This document shows positions 17,435 through 27,964 of a DNA stretch of 64,000 nucleotides, piece by piece. Below the pieces are notes generated by a model. That model was not told where the DNA came from. It did no database searches and worked only from the letters and a program-made list of their open reading frames with translations. Position 1 is the first letter of the stretch, and the number at the start of each line of letters is the position of its first letter. This DNA comes from a virus: positions 13,442-77,441 of IMG/VR virus record IMGVR_UViG_3300011013_000009. One strand, written 5' to 3'. The position numbers and the translations under genes are program-made.

Positions 17435-18331
17435 ATGGCAGTATCACCACCATTAGATATTATACCAGGCTTACCAGCTAAAGGAGTTGCAGAATTAAAT
17501 AAATTGTCTAGTAAATTAATAAAACAAATTGCTGGCAAAGTTGGGGAAACTTTACAAGATGCAATACAATTACCTGACAATATTAAATGTGATGATCCTA
17601 GGATTGAAGATATTAAACAAAAAATACAAGAAGCTCAAGAGCTAATTGCAAATTTGCAAGATGTTATTGCTACTATACAAAAAGTAGCTACGGCTGTACA
17701 ACAAGCGGCTGCAATCGCAGCTGCAATTAAATCTTCGATTTTTTTACTGCCTCCACCAATTGGCACTGCTGCGTTACAAGCTGAGTTAGTAGAAGTACAA
17801 AACATGACAATTGCAAATGCTATTGAAGCAGTAAAACAATTAAATATAATACCAGAATCATTAAATGCAGGAATGGGACTAATTAATAGTCAATTAGCTA
17901 ATATTATTGGACAGTTAGGATCTATTTGTAATAATGAATCATTTGCTGTTTCAGATGAAGTGGCAGCTAATTTAGATCAACAAGGAGATGGTAATACTAT
18001 TGGAGGTGGTGAATATAACAACCCAGACGGAATCGGGTGGGGAACTGCAGAGAGTAGAGTAGATGATGCTACACTTGGTACTGAATTTTATACTGACATT
18101 AATGTATCAAAAGATGATTTGCAACAATATGTTTCTGCGGCGGAGAAATTAGTATTAAATCAACAAAATTTATTAACATCGATAAAAGAAGCGCCTGCAC
18201 AATCATATAATGGAACTACTCCTCCTTTAAGGGTATTAGGGAAGCCAGGGGATTACTATATCGACACTGCTGCTAAAAAAATGTATGGGCCTAAAACAAG
18301 TGATGGATGGCCAAGCCCCGTAAATTATTAA
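17435..18331 (+). CDS. Baseplate-region protein
   Basis: Coiled N-terminal half; C-terminal GKPGDYYIDT...MYGPK..GW; AAGGAG SD. Confidence 0.55.
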   Translation: MAVSPPLDIIPGLPAKGVAELNKLSSKLIKQIAGKVGETLQDAIQLPDNIKCDDPRIEDIKQKIQEAQELIANLQDVIATIQKVATAVQQAAAIAAAIKSSIFLLPPPIGTAALQAELVEVQNMTIANAIEAVKQLNIIPESLNAGMGLINSQLANIIGQLGSICNNESFAVSDEVAANLDQQGDGNTIGGGEYNNPDGIGWGTAESRVDDATLGTEFYTDINVSKDDLQQYVSAAEKLVLNQQNLLTSIKEAPAQSYNGTTPPLRVLGKPGDYYIDTAAKKMYGPKTSDGWPSPVNY

Positions 18332-18360
18332 TTGTAATATTTATATAAAAGAAGAAAATT

Positions 18361-18837
18361 ATGGACACAAAAAAATTTATTCAAACATTAAGAAAAGTAG
18401 TACAAGAAGAAGTAAGATCGGTTATTAAACAAGAATTAACTGAAATTTTACAAGAAGGACTACAACCAACTATTTCTGAGTTACAAACGACAAAACAACC
18501 AATTCAAGAACAAGTTTCAGGACCTAAATACCCAACCACAACAAAGAAAAATAAAGTTAAATTTAAGAAAACTAAATATTCTGATATTTTAAATGAAACG
18601 AATTCTTTAAGAGAACAAACAACTGCAGGAGATTATGCTTCAATGATGAATGAAGATATTGTCATGACGTCAAAAGATGCAGTTGGGTTTGGAATGCAAC
18701 GAAATGGTTCTGCTCTAGCAACTATGGTCGACCCAGAAACTGGGAAGAATATGAAAGTAGATAGTGTTGTAGCAGATGCGATAACAAAAGACTATTCAGC
18801 TTTAATGAAAGCAATTGACAAGAAAAAAGGTAAATAA
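18361..18837 (+). CDS. Putative virion protein
   Basis: MDTKKFIQTLRKVVQEEVR start; late motif at 18337. Confidence 0.65.
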   Translation: MDTKKFIQTLRKVVQEEVRSVIKQELTEILQEGLQPTISELQTTKQPIQEQVSGPKYPTTTKKNKVKFKKTKYSDILNETNSLREQTTAGDYASMMNEDIVMTSKDAVGFGMQRNGSALATMVDPETGKNMKVDSVVADAITKDYSALMKAIDKKKGK

Positions 18838-19280
18838 TGGCATATCAAATTGTTGGTGTTGATATTAATGATATAGCTCCAAATAGTGCAATTGGAGTTA
18901 AATTTCCATTTAATGCCCAAGGCGTTTTTACTAAAACATATACAACATTAGAACAAGCTAGTACTAATGTTAGAAGTTTATTATTAACAAGAAAAGGAGA
19001 GCGTTATATACAACCAACATTTGGCACTGATTTACTAAACATTTTATTCCAGCCGAATATTAATGAATTAAAAGATTTAGTTTCATCTACAATAACCGAT
19101 GCTATAACGTATTGGTTACCTTATATTATTATTAATACATTAGAAATTGTTACGCAAGAAGATGATCCTACTTTAATACATGATATAAAAATATCAATTA
19201 AATTTACAACAGCCGGGGTTGGTGCAGAAGAAACTATTACTATTTTTGCTGGAGAAAATGGTGTATTGCGAGTAGAATAA
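18837..19280 (+). CDS. Baseplate wedge protein, gp25-like
   Basis: NVRSLLLTRKGERYIQPTFGTDL...WLPYI. Confidence 0.9.
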   Translation: MAYQIVGVDINDIAPNSAIGVKFPFNAQGVFTKTYTTLEQASTNVRSLLLTRKGERYIQPTFGTDLLNILFQPNINELKDLVSSTITDAITYWLPYIIINTLEIVTQEDDPTLIHDIKISIKFTTAGVGAEETITIFAGENGVLRVE

Positions 19281-19295
19281 TAGAAAGCATAACAA

Positions 19296-21176
19296 ATGGA
19301 AATACAAAAAGATGTATCATATTTAGGAAAAGATTTTGGTCAATTTCGTAAAAACTTAATTGACTTTACAAAGCAATACTTTCCTAATGATTACAATGAT
19401 TTTAATGAATCGTCGCCAGGTATGTTGTTCATGGAAATGGCTTCATATGTTGGTGATGTATTAAGTTATTATGCTGATACAAATTTAAAAGAGTCGTTAT
19501 TAGAACAAGCATCAGAACGACAAAATATATATGATATTGCAAAATCATTAGGATATACTCCAAAAAATGCAATACCAGCTTATACAAATCTAGATGTATT
19601 CCAATTGGTTCCTGCTATTGGTTCCGGCGACAATGTAAGTCCAGATTATAATTATGCATTATCGATAAAACCAGGAATTCGTGTTAAACAAAATAATGGA
19701 TCAGCTGAATTTAGAACATTAGATGCTGTTGATTTTGAGTTTTCGTCGTCAATTAATCCAACAGAAGTTACGGTATATGAAAGTGATGATACTACAAAAC
19801 AGCCAACGTATTATTTACTAAAGAAAACAGTACAAGCCGTATCTGGTGAAACTAAAACAGCTACATTTTCATTTACTTCTCCTAAAGCATATGATAAAAT
19901 CGTTTTACCTGAAACAAATGTTATTGATATTATTTCAATTGAAGAATCTGATGGTGATAATTGGTATCATGTTCCATATCTAGCACAAGATACTATATTT
20001 GAACCGGTACCAAATTTATTAGAGAATGATCCTGATTTTGTTCAATATCGAGATTCTAGTCCTAGTTTATTAAAATTAAGAAAAACTGCTAAAAGATTTG
20101 TAACTAGATTAAGGAGTGATAATAAATTAGAAATACAATTTGGAGCAGGTATATCTGATAATAATGACGAAGAAATTATACCAAATCCAGATAATGTAGG
20201 AAATGGGTTAGCTGGGTTTAGAAGGCCAATTGACGTAGATATTGACCCTTCTAATTTTTTATATACTAGAGCATATGGACAAGTACCAGCAAATACAACG
20301 TTAACTGTTACATATACAGTTGGTGGCGGAGTTTCTGATAACGTTCAATCTGGTGTATTAACAAATATCGATTTTATAGATTATAATGATGATCCAAATT
20401 CTAGTAATAATGTGTCTACAGTTAGATTTATAAAATCAACAGTTGCTGTTAATAATACAAATCCAGCTAATGGCGCAAAAACAGCTGATACGTTGCAAGA
20501 TATTAAAAATAATACTTTAGGAAATTTTGCTACTCAAAATCGGTTAGTAACAAGAGACGATTATATTATAAGATGTTATTCAATGCCGGCTAGATTCGGG
20601 AGCGTTTCAAAAGCATATATTGTTCCTGATGATCAAATTGCTCAAAGTGACTTAGAAGAAACTATAGTAGCAAATCCATTAGCAATGAATTTATATACAT
20701 TAGGTTTTAATTCACAAAAACAATTAACTCCATTAAATGATGCTATTAAAACAAATTTAAAAAATTATTTAGGTTATTATAGAATTTTAACAGATGCTAT
20801 AAATATTAAAGATGCATTTATAATTAATATGGGTGTTGAATTTGAAATAACTGTTTTATCTAATTTTAATTCCAATGAAGTATTATTACAATGCATTGAT
20901 ACTGTTAAAAGTTATTTTGATGTAGATAAATGGCAAATAAACCAACCTATTATTAAAACCGAATTATTAAATACTATTGCAAATGTACAAGGAGTACAAA
21001 GTGTTGTAGGAGTTATATTTAATAATTTATATAATACCGACCAAAATTATTCTGGAAATGTTTATGATTTAGAAGGTGCAACGAGACAAGGTATTATTTA
21101 TCCTTCATTAGATCCAAGTATATTTGAAGTTAAATTTCCAAATCAAGATATAAAAGGAAGAGTAGTTAACTATTAA
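19296..21176 (+). CDS. Baseplate wedge protein, gp6/baseplate-J-like
   Basis: KDFGQFRKNL...YNDFNESSPG...YVGDVLSYY; QNRLVTRDDY. Confidence 0.88.
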   Translation: MEIQKDVSYLGKDFGQFRKNLIDFTKQYFPNDYNDFNESSPGMLFMEMASYVGDVLSYYADTNLKESLLEQASERQNIYDIAKSLGYTPKNAIPAYTNLDVFQLVPAIGSGDNVSPDYNYALSIKPGIRVKQNNGSAEFRTLDAVDFEFSSSINPTEVTVYESDDTTKQPTYYLLKKTVQAVSGETKTATFSFTSPKAYDKIVLPETNVIDIISIEESDGDNWYHVPYLAQDTIFEPVPNLLENDPDFVQYRDSSPSLLKLRKTAKRFVTRLRSDNKLEIQFGAGISDNNDEEIIPNPDNVGNGLAGFRRPIDVDIDPSNFLYTRAYGQVPANTTLTVTYTVGGGVSDNVQSGVLTNIDFIDYNDDPNSSNNVSTVRFIKSTVAVNNTNPANGAKTADTLQDIKNNTLGNFATQNRLVTRDDYIIRCYSMPARFGSVSKAYIVPDDQIAQSDLEETIVANPLAMNLYTLGFNSQKQLTPLNDAIKTNLKNYLGYYRILTDAINIKDAFIINMGVEFEITVLSNFNSNEVLLQCIDTVKSYFDVDKWQINQPIIKTELLNTIANVQGVQSVVGVIFNNLYNTDQNYSGNVYDLEGATRQGIIYPSLDPSIFEVKFPNQDIKGRVVNY

Positions 21177-21184
21177 GGACAATT

Positions 21185-22627
21185 ATGTTTAAAATAATAT
21201 ATCCACAATCAGATGCAACATTATATGAATCATCGCCAACAACTAATACTGGATTAGATGAAATATTAGAAGTTGGTAAACGACTATCAACAGCTGGCGA
21301 TAGCTATTTAAAATCTAGATCTGTTATTAAATTTGATATGGCCGACGTAACATCTGCTTTAACAAAATATGGAGTTAGTTTAGATGATTGTAAATTTGTG
21401 TTACAGTTATATACTACTAATGCAAAAAATTTACCAGCTGATTATACAATTGATGCTAAGTTAGTGGGGGATGATTGGACTAATGGAACTGGTCAGCAAT
21501 ATGATAATACAATTGTAAAGGATGGCATAACCTGGGATAATCCTAAATCAGGATCTTTCTATTGGACATCAGGAAGTCAGTATGTACAGGTACCATCTGG
21601 TGGTGGCAGTTTAGTAAAATTAACGAGTGTTGGCTCATTTAATATTACAGGCAGTACTGCGGGAACTTATATTGTTAGTTCCTCGAATACTAATGTTACT
21701 GCTTCTATAACATTAACATCTACATCTAGTTTTGGGTCTGCTACAATAGTTGCAGCGACTGGATCGTTTAATGTATCAGACACCGTTGTATTTACTTCAC
21801 AATCATTAGGTGCTACCACATCCGGCGGAACTGATATGACATTTACTTTAGTTGATGTTGATTTTCGTAATGCAAGTAGCATTTATATAAGTGGATCTGG
21901 TGTTGGTGGTAGTTGGCTATATCAATCTGGGTCTGGAATATATAGTGGTAGTTTAACATTTTATTCTCAATCATTCTTTACACAACCAGGATTAGATTTA
22001 TCCGAAGATTTTAATTATAGACCAACTGATTTAAATATTGATGTTACCGGAGCGGTGAAAACGTGGATAAGTGGTTCGGGAGGATTTACTATTCCAAATT
22101 ATGGATTTTTATTACAATTTTCTGATGCAGATGAAGCAGATGTTTCAAAAACTGGATACGTAAGATTCTTTAGTAGGGAAACCCACACTGTATATGTTCC
22201 TAGATTAACAATGTATTTTGATAAATCTAGTTTTGCTACAGGATCTTTGTCAGCAATGGATTTAGATTCATATACAGTATACACAAAACTTAAAAAAGAA
22301 TATAAAGATTCTGAAGTATCTAAACTTAGAATTTATGCTCGTGATAAATACCCACAAAAATCACCAACTAATTTATTTCCAATGACAACCGTAAAATATT
22401 TGCCTAGCAATACTTTATATACATTGAAAGATGCGGCTACAGACGAAACGATAATTCCATATGATAATATTTATACTAAAGTAAGTTGCGATAGTACAAG
22501 TAATTATGTGTATATGGACATGACTGGTTTAATGCCAGAGCGTTACTATCGTTTAGAGTTTAAAGTCGTAGATGGCTTTGTAGAAGAATATATAGAAGAT
22601 GACTTCTATTTTAAAGTAGTTAGGTAA
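21185..22627 (+). CDS. Structural protein with DNRLRE-like domain
   Basis: DATLYE...RSVIKFD...NYGFLL...FFSRE...PRL, interrupted by a Ser/Thr-rich insert. Confidence 0.6.
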   Translation: MFKIIYPQSDATLYESSPTTNTGLDEILEVGKRLSTAGDSYLKSRSVIKFDMADVTSALTKYGVSLDDCKFVLQLYTTNAKNLPADYTIDAKLVGDDWTNGTGQQYDNTIVKDGITWDNPKSGSFYWTSGSQYVQVPSGGGSLVKLTSVGSFNITGSTAGTYIVSSSNTNVTASITLTSTSSFGSATIVAATGSFNVSDTVVFTSQSLGATTSGGTDMTFTLVDVDFRNASSIYISGSGVGGSWLYQSGSGIYSGSLTFYSQSFFTQPGLDLSEDFNYRPTDLNIDVTGAVKTWISGSGGFTIPNYGFLLQFSDADEADVSKTGYVRFFSRETHTVYVPRLTMYFDKSSFATGSLSAMDLDSYTVYTKLKKEYKDSEVSKLRIYARDKYPQKSPTNLFPMTTVKYLPSNTLYTLKDAATDETIIPYDNIYTKVSCDSTSNYVYMDMTGLMPERYYRLEFKVVDGFVEEYIEDDFYFKVVR

Positions 22628-22632
22628 ATAAT

Positions 22633-23727
22633 ATGGCACGAAATGTAAATCAAGCAAATGTACAAGCTGTAGCAATTCGTGATCCACTACCAGATCCAAT
22701 TGCACAAGAAATTCAACAGCCATATATACTAAATGGATTAACATATCAGTCTAATAATCCATATGTTGTTGAAAGAGATGGTGCTGGTAATATTAAATTA
22801 TATGAATCTGAGTCTAATCAAAGATTAATAATTGAACCATCAATTGAAAATATTACTAATGAATCATTTGTACAAGTAGTAGATACTCAATTTCAATACT
22901 TTAAATTTCCTGTTAGAACTGTTTCAGCTGGATCATCTGCGATAACAGATATAGATTTAGATATATCGCAAGATCCATATGAAGGAAGATTGATTAGAAC
23001 TGATTCTAGTAATACATATCTAATAGAAAATGGACTTAAACGGTTATTTTTTATTAAAGCAGATAACACATGGGCACTAAAAAATAATTTGCCTCCATTT
23101 TCTAATATCGCAGATAATATAAACAATGTAGACCCAGGCGGATATAATCCAGATTCGTCATTAAACGTTGAAAAAGTTCCTGAAACTATATTAGGGTCAT
23201 ATCCAACCGGCGCAGCATATTTGCCAACAGATGCATTTCCAGAAGGAAACGTATATAGTAAATTTACATTTATATTAGAAGAAAAAGCAGATAATACAAA
23301 TGCCTCGTTATTAATAACCGGACCAGGATTTGGTAAAGCAAAATTTGATGGAGGTGTTACTACAAATGATGGAAACGTAATACGTGTCATGGAATTTAAT
23401 ATTAATGATACTGCTAATAGTTATTTAGAATTTAGTATGCCAGATTTGGGAGGGCCTCGTAAGATGACACTTGGCGTAGGAGGATTTTTGGCTACTGACT
23501 TTAGGCTAATTGCTGATTTATTAGAAAATAGCGAAAATGGAAATACATCAAATAATCAAAGTAAACCAATAAAAAATAAAACTTGGAAATTATCAATTTC
23601 TGATTTATTAAATTATAATAAAGATATATTACAGGCAGCGTTTGATTTTAATACTAATAAGGTGCCATTTCGAATTAAAGGCAATACTACTATTCAATTT
23701 ACTTTAACAATACTAAAGGATGAATAA
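22633..23727 (+). CDS. Putative baseplate/tail-associated protein
   Basis: Position in the operon; internal GRLIR...YLIENGLKR module. Confidence 0.55.
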   Translation: MARNVNQANVQAVAIRDPLPDPIAQEIQQPYILNGLTYQSNNPYVVERDGAGNIKLYESESNQRLIIEPSIENITNESFVQVVDTQFQYFKFPVRTVSAGSSAITDIDLDISQDPYEGRLIRTDSSNTYLIENGLKRLFFIKADNTWALKNNLPPFSNIADNINNVDPGGYNPDSSLNVEKVPETILGSYPTGAAYLPTDAFPEGNVYSKFTFILEEKADNTNASLLITGPGFGKAKFDGGVTTNDGNVIRVMEFNINDTANSYLEFSMPDLGGPRKMTLGVGGFLATDFRLIADLLENSENGNTSNNQSKPIKNKTWKLSISDLLNYNKDILQAAFDFNTNKVPFRIKGNTTIQFTLTILKDE

Positions 23728-23739
23728 CCTATAGGCAAA

Positions 23740-26700
23740 ATGATATCACAATATTCAAATATCGATGAAATTTTAAATGCGGACCAATCACTATCTGGTT
23801 TGCGTTTATCAAAAAAACAATCGGATTTGTTATCATTTCCATTAGACAAACGTATTGATTTTGCTAATATTAATCCATCTCAAGAAAATTTATTAGAATT
23901 TCATGTATATGCAAATGATACATGGATAACCGGAAATCATACTTTACCGGTAACTAATGAATCAGCTACATTTACCAATACAGCTACTAATGAATCTATA
24001 CAATTAAATGGCGTTCCTGTTAATATTAATTTATTTCAACAACTTGACAATTTAAAATTAACTGCAGGAAATTATAGATTTGTAATTAATTTCTTTGAAA
24101 ATTTAATTGGTAGTTATGCATTACAGTACTTAAAAGTCGATGAAATATCTCCAGATAGAACAGAGGTACGGTTAAAAGCAATTGATAAAAAAAATTCACA
24201 GTTTTTAATACAAATTAATAATTATATTAACAGCGTTAATCAAACTGCAACTCCTGGCGGATTTGCTAAAACGTATTTATTGAATTTTAGTAGAAATCAA
24301 ACATTTCAATATGTTAATAGTGTTGTTATTGGCGAATTTTTATATGTAAAATTATTGAATCCGCTTCCTGATACAATTGAAGAACAATTTAAATGTTGGG
24401 TTGTACAAGAAAACAAATATCCATATATTGATAATGTAGTTATTTATTCCCAATCAGGCGTTTCTCCTGTTAATATATTATCTGGTCCTAATTGGCAAGC
24501 AAATAATCAAGGCTTTAATATTTCATCAGAAACTAATTTAAAAACATGGAATGATTTATTAGGTTCTTCTACTCAAACATCTCAAGAAATTGTAGACGCA
24601 CATTTTTCTGGTAGTTTATCTGGTATGTCATTAAATATCGATTATACTGATTTTAATAATTTTATATTTTATAGTTCAGCTACAGAAAGATTAGCTAATT
24701 ACAGATATAAATTAGATTTATTAGAATATTATATTGCACAATCATCATCCGCTGCAGAATTATCTGGATCTGTAGCAGTAACTAATGCTACAGATTATGA
24801 TAAATTAAAAACAAATTTAATTGGAGGATTTGATAAATTTGAGCAATTTTTATATTATGAATCTTCGTCTGGATTATTTAGTAATGAAATTCCGTTAGAA
24901 AATCCTAATGTTAGTTATGTAACAGGAAGTTATATCACACCATCTCCTAAATCTAATTCAACGTTGCCATATACTTTATATTCAATTACTAGTAGTCAAT
25001 TTGAAACGTGGTATAATGGTTTATATGATAGTGCATCTATTTATGACAATCGAAATTTAAATTTATTAACAAAGTCCGTACCAGAATTTATATTGTTAGA
25101 TGAAAATAATTCTCAATTATCTACATTTGTTAATATGTTAGGTCAACATTATGATATATTATATACATATATTAATGCAATGACTCGTATAAACAAAAGA
25201 GATGAACATCCTAAATTAGGAATGCCTAATGAATTATTATATGATGTAGCAAAACAATTTGGATGGAATTTACAAGACGGAAATCAAAATAAAAATTTAT
25301 GGGAATATACATTAGGTACTGATGAATCTGGAACGCCTTTAACTGGTTCTAATTCTATTAGCGGAACTTCAATGCCAGCACAAGATATGACATATAACAT
25401 ATGGAGACGTATTGTTAATAATATTCCAGGGTTATTAAAGTCAAAAGGAACTAAGCGTAGTATACAAGCGTTATTGGCTTGTTACGGCGTACCACAATCA
25501 TTAATTACTATAAAAGAATATGGCGGTCCTAGATTAGAAAGACCTCCTATATATGAACAATTGAATTTTGATTATGCATTAGATTTAATTACAAATCCTG
25601 CAGGTACAGTGACAGTTAATTATGATCAACCAATCGATGGAGTAGAATTGAGATTTAGAACCGATAATATTTTAACTAATCCTACAATGTCAAGTACAAT
25701 GAATTTATATAATGTAGGTAGTAATTCAGTAACTATTGATTTTTCTTCTGGTACAAAAGGTACTATTCAAATTAATGGAACTAGTTCAGCTGCATTCGAA
25801 TGTTTCAATGGAGATTGGGTAAATACAATATTAAGAAGTGGTAGTAATGGCACATTAGAAATCGTTGCAAAAAAATCTAAATACGGAAAAATTGTTTCAT
25901 CAGTTTCTGCATCTGCTACAGCAAGTTTACCTGCATCTGGTACTGTTACCTTAGGTAGTACTAGTACCGGCGCTACTAGATTAGAAGGCCAATTACAAGA
26001 ACTTAGATTATGGACTGGAAGTTTATTAGATGATCCTATGGAAAATCATACAAAAGCACCTGCGGCATATGATGGTAATGTAGATGCATATGATGAATTA
26101 GTATTTAGAGTTCCATTAACACAAAAAATTGATCATTCTATAACATCAAGTTTATCTGGCGTCGAGCCGAATCCTTCCGGAATATCTGCTTCATTTGCAA
26201 GTTGGACAAATGATACTCCATATGATTCTATAGAAGAAATGTATTATTATGATGGTATATCATTAGGAGCAGGAACGTTTGATGATAATAAGATACGGTT
26301 AGAATCAAATGAATTAGTAGGAACATTAGATTTTCTTACGAGAGCAGAAAGAAGTCAGTTTGATAGGGCTCCATTAGATAGCAAAAAATTAGGTGTATAT
26401 TATTCTCCACAAACAATGATTAATGAAGACATTATTGCACAATTAGGATTTCAAAGTTTAGATGATTATATAGGAGATCCTGGAGATCAAAATAGTCGTT
26501 CATATCCTGATTTAATTAGAGTAGCTACAGACTATTGGAAAAAATATACACAAAAGAATGATATTAATGCATATATAAAAATATTTTCTTTATTTGATTT
26601 ATCATTCTTTAAACAATTAGAGCAATTATTGCCAGCTCGTGTTGATAAAATAACTGGATTATTAATACAACCAAATTTATTAGAACGTAGCAAAGATACA

Positions 26701-27246
26701 GCATTACCAAATGTTAATCGCTTCAATGAAACATATAATGGAGAATTAATTGTATTTGATAATACAGATGAATTTATTAATTCACAATATTTAACGTATA
26801 CTGGATCTGTCGGTACATTGATTGCATCTATGAGTGGTAATGATGATGATCAATTACAAGCATATTTAACTAGTAGTCAAGATAATTATAATGGAACTAC
26901 ATATTGTTATCCATATTTAATTAGATCTGGAAGTGGATGGCTGCAAGTTTCATCTTCATATTGGTTATGTGAAGGAGTATTACCAACTATTACCGGAAGT
27001 AGATTATCAGAAATATATGAATATGTATATTCTGGGAGTGTTATGCGTTCTGCAGAAGTACAAGACTATTTGCCAACCGGAACAGAGCGTCATGAATACC
27101 TAGGATGTTCTATGACTAGTCCAGACTTCAATATTGATTCGACGGATACTATTGACGGCGGACCTGTAGTCGAATATATAGAAGCAAACCCAAATCAAAT
27201 AATTACACAATCGCCAGGACAACAAGGAGGGTTTCAAATTAAATAA
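23740..27246 (+). CDS. Large baseplate wedge protein (P2 gpI/gp7-like segment)
   Basis: LLKSKGTKRSIQALLACYG motif; LamG-like middle (LQELRLW). Confidence 0.65.
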   Translation: MISQYSNIDEILNADQSLSGLRLSKKQSDLLSFPLDKRIDFANINPSQENLLEFHVYANDTWITGNHTLPVTNESATFTNTATNESIQLNGVPVNINLFQQLDNLKLTAGNYRFVINFFENLIGSYALQYLKVDEISPDRTEVRLKAIDKKNSQFLIQINNYINSVNQTATPGGFAKTYLLNFSRNQTFQYVNSVVIGEFLYVKLLNPLPDTIEEQFKCWVVQENKYPYIDNVVIYSQSGVSPVNILSGPNWQANNQGFNISSETNLKTWNDLLGSSTQTSQEIVDAHFSGSLSGMSLNIDYTDFNNFIFYSSATERLANYRYKLDLLEYYIAQSSSAAELSGSVAVTNATDYDKLKTNLIGGFDKFEQFLYYESSSGLFSNEIPLENPNVSYVTGSYITPSPKSNSTLPYTLYSITSSQFETWYNGLYDSASIYDNRNLNLLTKSVPEFILLDENNSQLSTFVNMLGQHYDILYTYINAMTRINKRDEHPKLGMPNELLYDVAKQFGWNLQDGNQNKNLWEYTLGTDESGTPLTGSNSISGTSMPAQDMTYNIWRRIVNNIPGLLKSKGTKRSIQALLACYGVPQSLITIKEYGGPRLERPPIYEQLNFDYALDLITNPAGTVTVNYDQPIDGVELRFRTDNILTNPTMSSTMNLYNVGSNSVTIDFSSGTKGTIQINGTSSAAFECFNGDWVNTILRSGSNGTLEIVAKKSKYGKIVSSVSASATASLPASGTVTLGSTSTGATRLEGQLQELRLWTGSLLDDPMENHTKAPAAYDGNVDAYDELVFRVPLTQKIDHSITSSLSGVEPNPSGISASFASWTNDTPYDSIEEMYYYDGISLGAGTFDDNKIRLESNELVGTLDFLTRAERSQFDRAPLDSKKLGVYYSPQTMINEDIIAQLGFQSLDDYIGDPGDQNSRSYPDLIRVATDYWKKYTQKNDINAYIKIFSLFDLSFFKQLEQLLPARVDKITGLLIQPNLLERSKDTALPNVNRFNETYNGELIVFDNTDEFINSQYLTYTGSVGTLIASMSGNDDDQLQAYLTSSQDNYNGTTYCYPYLIRSGSGWLQVSSSYWLCEGVLPTITGSRLSEIYEYVYSGSVMRSAEVQDYLPTGTERHEYLGCSMTSPDFNIDSTDTIDGGPVVEYIEANPNQIITQSPGQQGGFQIK

Positions 27247-27292
27247 AAATATTTGATTGTAATATTTATATAAAATTAAAGGTAAAAAGAAA

Positions 27293-27955
27293 ATGGGATA
27301 TTTAGATAACAGTTCAGTAACAGTTGATGCTATATTAACTCTAAAAGGAAGAGAATTATTAGCAAGAGGCGGAAATGCATTTAATATTACGCAATTTGCA
27401 TTAGGAGACGATGAGGTAGATTATGGATTATGGAATCCGCAACACGGATTAGGTTCAGATTATTATGGTGTAATTATAGAAAATATGCCGGTAACTGAAG
27501 CAGTTGCTGATGAAACACAAGCGTTAAGATATAAACTAGTTACATTGCCGAAACAAACTACTCAAATACCTGTAGTAACAGTTGGTAATGCTTCTATAGA
27601 TTTATTAGCGGCTGGAGACTCTTCAATTATATCTCCCAATACTAGTAATTTACAAGGAGGCAATTCTACATTAGGCTATACTGCGATTTTATCTGATAGT
27701 ACAGTTGCAGATATTACTGTTACTCAACCATTACAAAATTCAGTACTTCCTACTACGCCAAGATTTATTGGTGATAATGAAGATGCTCAAAGTGTTGCTG
27801 TAGCTGGGTTTGCTTTTCAAGTTGTTGCTAAGTATCAAGCATTAGCAGATAAAACTGCTACTATAACTATAATAGGAAATGAAACAGGTGGTAGTACTAC
27901 TATTAATTTAACAGTTAGAGAAGCAACTGCTAATACTGCAGGAATAACATTATAA
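27293..27955 (+). CDS. Baseplate/tail-fibre attachment protein
   Basis: ILTLKGRELLARG...ITQFALGDD motif; late motif at 27262. Confidence 0.55.
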   Translation: MGYLDNSSVTVDAILTLKGRELLARGGNAFNITQFALGDDEVDYGLWNPQHGLGSDYYGVIIENMPVTEAVADETQALRYKLVTLPKQTTQIPVVTVGNASIDLLAAGDSSIISPNTSNLQGGNSTLGYTAILSDSTVADITVTQPLQNSVLPTTPRFIGDNEDAQSVAVAGFAFQVVAKYQALADKTATITIIGNETGGSTTINLTVREATANTAGITL

Positions 27956-27964
27956 TAGGATAAT

